A stretch of DNA of 64,000 nucleotides from Acidobacteriota bacterium (lineage in GTDB: Bacteria > Acidobacteriota > UBA6911 > RPQK01 > JAJDTT01), in contig CBDCJH010000002.1 in NCBI GenBank assembly GCA_965217775.1, positions 5,088,001 through 5,152,000 on the forward strand. Reading direction: 5' to 3'. The notes beneath the pieces were generated by a model. That model saw only the letters and a list, made by a program, of their open reading frames with translations. It was not told where the DNA came from and ran no database searches. The position numbers and the translations under genes are program-made. Shown in pieces: positions 57,630 through 64,000 of the stretch (positions are counted from its first letter, which is position 1; each line of letters starts with the position of its first letter).

Positions 57630-59146
57630 GTCCGAGACCAACCCCCTCGCAGGCCGGAAAAGGGTCCCCGAGACTTCCAGGCGCTGCCGGCGGTGGTTTC
57701 CGGCGCCCTCTTCTCCCCCTCTTCCAGTATTCGGTGAATCGCGGCGGCCACCAGAGGAACGGCTGGCTCCGCGCTTTCTTTCTGATGGCCGGGGTGGGCC
57801 ATCATTTCCTCCACCAGACCCGTATCCAGGTCTCCCCGAACGAAGCGGGGGTTCTCCAGCAGGGATCTGAAGAAGGGAATGGTGGTGGTCACGCCGGCGA
57901 TCCGGTATTCGTCCAGAGCGCGCCTCATTCGGCGCAGAGCTTCCTGGCGGTCTTGTCCGTAGCTGGTCAGCTTGCTGATGAGCGGGTCATAGTGGACGGG
58001 AACCTCAACCCCCGCGTAGACGCCGGAGTCCACTCGGACCCCGGGACCGCCCGGTTCCAGCAGGTCCCGGATGCGCCCGGGCGCCGGCAGAAAATCGTTG
58101 CCGGGATCCTCCGCGTAGATGCGGCATTCGAGGGCGTGTCCCTGCATCCGAATCTCCTCCTGTTTCCGTCCCAGCGGTTCCCCGGCGGCGATTCGAATCT
58201 GCTCCCGGACCAGATCGATCCCGGTGACCAGCTCGGTCACGGGATGCTCGACCTGAAGGCGCGTGTTCATCTCCAGAAAATAGAAGCGCCACCCGTGCCC
58301 GCCGTCCGGTTCCACCAGGAACTCCACGGTCCCCGCGTTGTAGTATCCCGAGGCGCGGGCGACCGCCACGGCGGCCCTCCCCAGCTCGGCCCTCAAATCG
58401 GGTGTGACCACCGGCGAGGGGGCCTCCTCGACCAGCTTCTGGTGGCGGCGCTGGGTCGAGCACTCTCTTTCTCCAAGCTGGATGAGGTCGCCGTTCCGAT
58501 CCCCCAGGACCTGCACTTCCACGTGGCGCGGCTGTTCGAGGTACTTCTCGAGGAACACCCGGGAGTCCTGGAAGGACGCATGGGCCTCACTGCCGGCAAT
58601 GCGGAGGGCGGGCTCCAGGTCCTCCTCGCGAGGGACCACACGGAGTCCCTTGCCACCGCCCCCCCCGCTGGCCTTGACCATGACGGGAAACCCGATCCGC
58701 CGGGCCGCCCGAACCGCTTCTTCCGGGGATCGAACCGGGTCCGGCGTTCCCGGAATCACCGGAACCTCGACCTCCTCCGCGATTCGGCGGCTCGCGATCT
58801 TGTCTCCCATGAGACGCAGGGACGAAACCGAGGGTCCTATGAAAACCAGGCCGGCGTCCTCGCAGGCGCGTGCGAAACCGGCGTTTTCCGAGAGGAAGCC
58901 GTAACCGGGATGGATGGCGTCGGCCCCGGCCGCCTTGGCCGCGGCCAGCACCCTTTCCACCGAAAGGTAGCTCTGGTCGGCCCGGGCCTCTCCGATGAAG
59001 TGCGCCTCGTCGGCCAATCGGACGTGGAGCGAGTCGAGATCCGCCTCCGAGTAGACGACGGCCGCCGGAAGCCCCAGGTCGCGGCAGGTCCGCAGGATTC
59101 GTACCGCAATCTCGCCCCGGTTGGCGATCAGGACCTTCTTGAACAT
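57626..59146 (-). CDS. accC: Biotin carboxylase subunit (AccC/PccA-type)
   Basis: ANRGEIA, HPGYGFLSEN, EMNTRLQVEHP. Confidence 0.93.
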   Translation of the reverse strand: MFKKVLIANRGEIAVRILRTCRDLGLPAAVVYSEADLDSLHVRLADEAHFIGEARADQSYLSVERVLAAAKAAGADAIHPGYGFLSENAGFARACEDAGLVFIGPSVSSLRLMGDKIASRRIAEEVEVPVIPGTPDPVRSPEEAVRAARRIGFPVMVKASGGGGGKGLRVVPREEDLEPALRIAGSEAHASFQDSRVFLEKYLEQPRHVEVQVLGDRNGDLIQLGERECSTQRRHQKLVEEAPSPVVTPDLRAELGRAAVAVARASGYYNAGTVEFLVEPDGGHGWRFYFLEMNTRLQVEHPVTELVTGIDLVREQIRIAAGEPLGRKQEEIRMQGHALECRIYAEDPGNDFLPAPGRIRDLLEPGGPGVRVDSGVYAGVEVPVHYDPLISKLTSYGQDRQEALRRMRRALDEYRIAGVTTTIPFFRSLLENPRFVRGDLDTGLVEEMMAHPGHQKESAEPAVPLVAAAIHRILEEGEKRAPETTAGSAWKSRGPFSGLRGGWSRT

Positions 59147-59153
59147 GACCAGG

Positions 59154-60704
59154 TCAGAGAGGGATGTTGCCGTGTTTTCTGGGCGGATTGGTGTCGCGCT
59201 TGTTGGCGCTCATCTCCAGGGCCCGGATCAGTTTGGGCCGGGTCTGGCTGGGCTCGATGATCTCGTCCACGTAGCCTCGCTCGGCGGCCACGTAAGGGTT
59301 TGCGAACTTGTTTCGAAATTCCCGGGTTTTCCGCGACTTGAAGTCTTGAGGCTGCGATTCGTCCCGGAGCTCCCGCCGATAGAGGATCTCGACGGCCCCC
59401 TCCGGACCCATGACGGCGATCTCGGCCGTGGGGTAGGCGAAGTTCAGATCGGCCCGGATCTGTTTGGATGCCATGACGCAGTAGGCGCCGCCGTAAGCTT
59501 TCCGCGTGATGACCGTGATCTTGGGTACGGTCGCCTCCGCGAACGCGTACAAGAGCTTGGCGCCGTGACGGATGATCCCCCCGTGTTCCTGGTCCACGCC
59601 CGGAAGAAACCCGGGCACGTCCTCGAAGACCACCAGCGGCAGGTTGAAGGCGTCGCAGAAACGGACGAACCGGGCTCCCTTGACCGACGAATCGATGTCC
59701 AGGGTTCCGGCCAGGATGGCAGGCTGATTGGCCACGATGCCGACGGGACGGCCGTCGAAGCGAGCGAAGCCCACGACCAGATTGGGGGCGAAGCCGGCCT
59801 GGACTTCGAAGAAGTAGCGGTCGTCCGCCACGGTCTGAATCAGATCCTTGATGTCGTAGGCCTGGTTCGGTTCGGCCGGGATCAGGTGATTCAATTCCTC
59901 CGAGGTCCGGTCGGCCGGGTCCGACGTCTCGAGCCGGGGAGGATCGTCGACGTTGTTGGAGGGCAGGAAGGAGATCAGCTCCCGAATCTGAGCCAGGCAT
60001 TCCTCCTCCGTGGGACTGGCGAAGTGGGCGACGCCGCTCACGTTGTTGTGCGCCGTCGCTCCCCCCAATTCGGATTTGGTCACCTCTTCATGAGTTACCG
60101 CCCGGATCACGTCGGGACCGGTGATGAACATGTAGCTGGTCTTGTTCACCATGAAGATGAAGTCGGTGATGGCGGGGGAATAGACGGCCCCGCCCGCACA
60201 GGGACCCAGAATGGCGGAAATCTGCGGGATGACGCCGCTGGCCAAGGTGTTGCGGAGGAAGATGTCGGCGTAGCCCGCCAAACTGACCACGCCCTCCTGG
60301 ATCCGGGCGCCGCCGCTGTCGTTGAGGCCGATGACCGGCGCCCCCATCTTCATGGCCAGACCCATGATCTTGCAGATCTTGGCCGCGTAGGTTTCGGAGA
60401 GGCTGCCGCCGAAGACGGTGAAATCCTGAGAAAAGACGTAGACTAGCCTGCCGTCGATCCGGCCGTGACCGGTGATCACCCCGTCTCCCGGGATCCGGCG
60501 CTGGTCCATGGAGAAATCGGTGCAACGATGGACGACGAACTTGTCCAACTCCTGGAACGAGCCCTCGTCCAGAAGCAAGGCGAGCCGTTCCCGGGCGGTC
60601 AGCTTTCCCGCGTCGTGCTGGCGTTGGATTCGAGCCGCGTCGTGACCCTTCTCGGCCTCCCGGTTTCGCCGTCTCAGCTCCTCAAACTGTTCCCGGGTGT
60701 CCAT
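59154..60704 (-). CDS. pccB: Propionyl-/acyl-CoA carboxylase beta subunit
   Basis: [25 protein letters not shown]. Confidence 0.93.
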   Translation of the reverse strand: MDTREQFEELRRRNREAEKGHDAARIQRQHDAGKLTARERLALLLDEGSFQELDKFVVHRCTDFSMDQRRIPGDGVITGHGRIDGRLVYVFSQDFTVFGGSLSETYAAKICKIMGLAMKMGAPVIGLNDSGGARIQEGVVSLAGYADIFLRNTLASGVIPQISAILGPCAGGAVYSPAITDFIFMVNKTSYMFITGPDVIRAVTHEEVTKSELGGATAHNNVSGVAHFASPTEEECLAQIRELISFLPSNNVDDPPRLETSDPADRTSEELNHLIPAEPNQAYDIKDLIQTVADDRYFFEVQAGFAPNLVVGFARFDGRPVGIVANQPAILAGTLDIDSSVKGARFVRFCDAFNLPLVVFEDVPGFLPGVDQEHGGIIRHGAKLLYAFAEATVPKITVITRKAYGGAYCVMASKQIRADLNFAYPTAEIAVMGPEGAVEILYRRELRDESQPQDFKSRKTREFRNKFANPYVAAERGYVDEIIEPSQTRPKLIRALEMSANKRDTNPPRKHGNIPL

Positions 60705-60746
60705 GGCGGCAGGCGCTTCCGCGGGTATCTCTCCGGTTTCGGAGCC

Positions 60747-61397
60747 TCAGGCCGGAGTCTTGCGTTTATTCCAGTCGGCCAGGAACTTCTCCAGGCCGAT
60801 GTCGGTCAAGGGATGCTTCATGAGTTGCTCCAGCACCTTGGCCGGCAGGGTGGCGATCTCGGCGCCCATCTTGGCCGCCTCCACCACGTGGACCGGGTTT
60901 CGAACCGAGGCCACCAGGACCTCAGTGCCGAAGTCGTAGTTCTCGTACATGAGCAGGATTTCGGAGATGAGTCCCATTCCTTCCTGGGAGATGTCGTCGA
61001 GCCGGCCGATGAACGGGCTCACGATGGCCGCGCCGTTCTTGGCCGCCAACAGCGCCTGACCCGGACTGAAGATCAAGGTGACGTTGACGGAAATGCCTTC
61101 CTGGGCGACCACGTGGAGCGCCTTCAGCCCCTCGCGGATCATGGGAAGCTTCACATAGACATTCTTGTGGAGGCCGGCGAGGTAGCGAGCCTCGTGGATC
61201 ATGTCGACCGCGTCGGTGGAGACGACTTCCAGGTTGACGGGTCCGTCCACCAGTTCACAGATCTCCAGGGCCAACTCCTCGAGATCCCGGCCTTCCTTGG
61301 CGATCAGGCTGGGATTGGTGGTGACCCCGTCGACCAGGCCCAGTTCAACTCCCCTTCGGATCTCTTCTACGTTGGCGGTGTCGAGGAAAAACTTCAT
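60747..61397 (-). CDS. fsa: Transaldolase / fructose-6-phosphate aldolase
   Basis: [32 protein letters not shown]. Confidence 0.93.
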   Translation of the reverse strand: MKFFLDTANVEEIRRGVELGLVDGVTTNPSLIAKEGRDLEELALEICELVDGPVNLEVVSTDAVDMIHEARYLAGLHKNVYVKLPMIREGLKALHVVAQEGISVNVTLIFSPGQALLAAKNGAAIVSPFIGRLDDISQEGMGLISEILLMYENYDFGTEVLVASVRNPVHVVEAAKMGAEIATLPAKVLEQLMKHPLTDIGLEKFLADWNKRKTPA

Positions 61398-61412
61398 GAG
61401 ACCTCCTTCCCC

Positions 61413-62423
61413 TCAATTTCGGATGGTAACGCCGGCCTCCCGCGAGCGCGGGCTTTCATTGTCTGACTTGTCCACGGCGGAGACCCGGTACCGATAGGCT
61501 TCGCCTTCCTTGACCGTGGTGTCCTTGAACATTCGACCCTGCAACAGAGGCGAAATCCTGCGGACCGTTTCGCCTTCCGATTCCCGGTACACGAAATAGC
61601 CTGCCAGATCCGCCTCGCGGTTCGGGTCCCAGTAGACTCGGACCTCACCCTCCCAGTAGACCGCCGTGACATTCTGGGGAGTCCCCGGAGCGAACGAGTC
61701 TTCGGGGACGATGGTCAAAGTATCACCGGCCCGGCTCAGAATCAAAGGATCGGCAGCGCGGCTGATGGTCTGAACACTGTACCGCTGGGGATGACCGAAG
61801 CGGAATTCCGGGTCCCGAAACACTTCGGTGGCAACACGATGCCGGGAATTGACCAGGTATCCGGCGACGTTGGCCGGACGGCTCCCGTCGAAGTTCGACT
61901 GGGGGCGGTCCCACTCCAGCCGCAGGTGGTCCGGGTTGACTTCACAGCGCAGATTCCGGGGCGCTGCCGCCGCTTTGACAGAGGATGCCCGGACCAGGTT
62001 GGAAGGCGGAGAAAGACGGTCGTCCGAGTCCAGGAATCGCAGGTAGTAGCCGCAGGGGTCTTCATCATCCGGCAGCTTCCGCTCCACCAGGTACTCGGCG
62101 CCGTCATTCCGTCTTCGAAGCTGACCTCTGTCCAGCAGCATCTCAGGCTCCGTGGAGGCCTCGCCTCCGGGACACTGGCGGTAGATTTGAACTTGAATGA
62201 CGTCCTGGGACGCCAGAGGAAAGTGCAGTTGAGCCCTGTCGTCCACCTGGACCAGCTTCAGGCTCCGAGTGGTGGGAGGCGGTTGGGAGAGCGGCGGCAG
62301 CGGGTCTCCCACCTTGGCGCAACCCGGGCCGGGGATCTGCACGATGAGCGAGATCAGGACGACGGGACGCACCCAGTTACGACTGGACTGAAGCTCCTGT
62401 TCCAACGGCATGGAGGGCCTCAT
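61413..62423 (-). CDS. Fibronectin type III domain lipoprotein
   Basis: GCAKVGDPLPP; DLAGYFVYR; YRVSAVD..NES. Confidence 0.85.
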   Translation of the reverse strand: MRPSMPLEQELQSSRNWVRPVVLISLIVQIPGPGCAKVGDPLPPLSQPPPTTRSLKLVQVDDRAQLHFPLASQDVIQVQIYRQCPGGEASTEPEMLLDRGQLRRRNDGAEYLVERKLPDDEDPCGYYLRFLDSDDRLSPPSNLVRASSVKAAAAPRNLRCEVNPDHLRLEWDRPQSNFDGSRPANVAGYLVNSRHRVATEVFRDPEFRFGHPQRYSVQTISRAADPLILSRAGDTLTIVPEDSFAPGTPQNVTAVYWEGEVRVYWDPNREADLAGYFVYRESEGETVRRISPLLQGRMFKDTTVKEGEAYRYRVSAVDKSDNESPRSREAGVTIRN

Positions 62424-62592
62424 CCTACACGATCTTCCGCGCCGTAAGAGCGGGTCGCCGGGCGTGCCATGAAAAGTTCTTAAAACCTTTTCCGGTGTAA
62501 CGGCATCAAACTATGCAGGGAGTGGGATCAGGGGTATTCTCCCCTCCTTACAAGTCCCGACAGGACACGCCAACCCTGGTTCCACTCCCGAT

Positions 62593-62702
62593 GGAGGGGC
62601 GATTTCCAGTCGCCCATTCCTCTTTTCGCTCGTACGCCGGTTCCCCAAGCTCTCTTGGTGTGTTGATACTCGGGAGTTCGGCGGTTAGGAAACCGCCGCT
62701 CC
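62593..62702. repeat. Inverted REP doublet, GGAG family
   Basis: ggaggggcgatttccagtcgccc ... ggagttcggcggttaggaaaccgccgctcc; same arrangement as downstream of efp. Confidence 0.75.
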
Positions 62703-62719
62703 GCTTCGCGGGCGATCTC

Positions 62720-62938
62720 TTACTTGCAGTCTTGCAGAAGCGCAATGCGGATAAACCGATACGCGTCCAGGCAGGTGGGACACTCGAAGAAATGGTCGAT
62801 GGTCTGGATGATTTCCAGGTTGGAGAGCTGATGCGTCGCAAGAGAGTGCATCTTGCGTGCAGAGACGTGACCCCGCCGTTGGTACCGGACGGGAAACGTC
62901 ACGGTAAAGGCGATTTTGCATACAATCGGCGCAGCCAT
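62720..62938 (-). CDS. Small HxxxCxxC zinc-finger-like protein
   Basis: HFFECPTCLDAY; start uncertain. Confidence 0.4.
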   Translation of the reverse strand: MAAPIVCKIAFTVTFPVRYQRRGHVSARKMHSLATHQLSNLEIIQTIDHFFECPTCLDAYRFIRIALLQDCK

Positions 62939-63176
62939 CGACTCGCTCGCATCATAGCAGATAGGCGGAACTTGGGAAACGGGCTTGTCGTTAGTACGTC
63001 AAGTGTGCGGTCCAAGAGGCGGGAGGTAAGTACAATCTCATTCTGCCCCCGGGAAGGAGTGAGACATGGCACTGGATCCGCCCGTGCAGGCCGCACTCGA
63101 GCTATCAGATGATCCAGTGAACGCTGTCTCCGTCCGCCCGATTGAAGGAATATAGCGGAGGCGCTATATATGTGGC

Positions 63177-63661
63177 ATGAGATGGACGGTGGAAACTGTC
63201 TCTGCCGTCGATGTGAAATAGAGTCCCTGCCGGTGAAACTGCGCGCGCGGCTGTTCCGGCTACTGGAGGCGGTGGAGAACGTCGGTCTGGAGGCGCTTCG
63301 CGAACCGCATGTCAAGCATCTCCAAGGCAAGCTGTGGGAACTGCGGGTTAGGGCCGAAGGGGGAATCGCCCGGGGCATCTACGTGACGGCGGCGCAGCGG
63401 CGGGTCGTGGTCCTGCATGTCTTTGTGAAGAAGTCGCGCAGGACACCGCGGCGAGCGCTTGACAGCCCGTGGTGAAAGTCCCGCGAGCACCGAGACCGTT
63501 CCTGCGCCCGCCGGACAAGGCGCGATTCGGGTGCATACCGGGAGTATGTGCCCGAATCGCAACGCAGTCCGCCGGGATGCAGGGACGGTCGAATGCCGTG
63601 ACGACTTTTGCCACGGGCTGTTGAGACCGCCAGAAAACGTATGCGGCAGGTGACACCATGA
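63177..63661 (+). pseudogene. HigB/Gp49-like (RelE superfamily) toxin, frameshifted and MITE-interrupted
   Basis: MRWTVETVSAVD, then a frameshift to EIESLP...KLWELR...LHVFVKKS..TP; removing the MITE restores RRALETARKRMRQVTP*. Confidence 0.82.
63463..63620. mobile_element. MITE family B, full 158-bp copy, TTGA target duplication
   Basis: ttga|cagcccgtgg ... ccacgggctg|ttga. Confidence 0.92.
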
Positions 63662-63942
63662 CGACACTGAAAGACTTGAAGAAGCGCCTCATGAAAGACC
63701 CTGAATTCCGGGAGGAATACGCGCGCGCCGATGCCGAGTTCGCACTGATCGAGGCGCTGATTTGCGCCCGAACGGCAGCGAAACTGACGCAGGAGGAACT
63801 TGCGAGCCGTCTCGGCACGACTCAGTCCGCGATCGCAAGGCTGGAAGGCGGTGGCGTTTCACCGTCCTTCGCTACCTTGCACCGCTACGCCGAAGCGACT
63901 GGCACGCGGCTGACGGTAAGGCTGGTACCGGTGGAGAATTGA
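63658..63942 (+). CDS. HigA-like XRE antitoxin
   Basis: LMKDPEFREEY...LTQEELA..LGTTQSAIARLE..PS..TL..YA. Confidence 0.92.
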   Translation: MTTLKDLKKRLMKDPEFREEYARADAEFALIEALICARTAAKLTQEELASRLGTTQSAIARLEGGGVSPSFATLHRYAEATGTRLTVRLVPVEN

Positions 63943-64000
63943 ACCGGCGCGTCGCCAGGAAGCTCTCCAAAACACCGTACATGTCCAGGGCCGCAACCTC

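Overview
High-GC bacterial chromosome segment, most consistent with Acidobacteriota (two MacB/FtsX 'ADOP'-type permeases, ASPIC/UnbV-TPR protein). Most of it is housekeeping: efp, addBA, ETF-QO, cstA, rnc, thiL, tlyA-ispA-xseBA, accD-folC, an acyl-CoA carboxylase cluster and fsa. The standout is an island of about 4.4 kb between xseA and accD (50387-54327). It carries a divergent XRE-HTH plus ImmA/IrrE metallopeptidase pair facing a bacterial ubiquitination-like operon: a three-domain Ubl ending in -RG, a cysteine-free E2-like protein, and a JAB-ThiF/E1 fusion with an apparent internal start. This best matches Bub-type systems related to Bil, and an IS21 relic lies beside it. Other notable items: a sigma-54-driven efflux cassette with a duplicated promoter/enhancer module and a MITE-split TolC; a bacterial Janus/Ocnus (PHPT1)-like protein with a basic tail; a Y1 (RAYT-like) transposase region bracketed by a duplicated cstA 3' end; three MITE families; two REP families; and several toxin-antitoxin loci whose toxins are all damaged or missing. 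No tRNA, rRNA or CRISPR array was seen. All family calls come from motif recognition by eye, not database searches.
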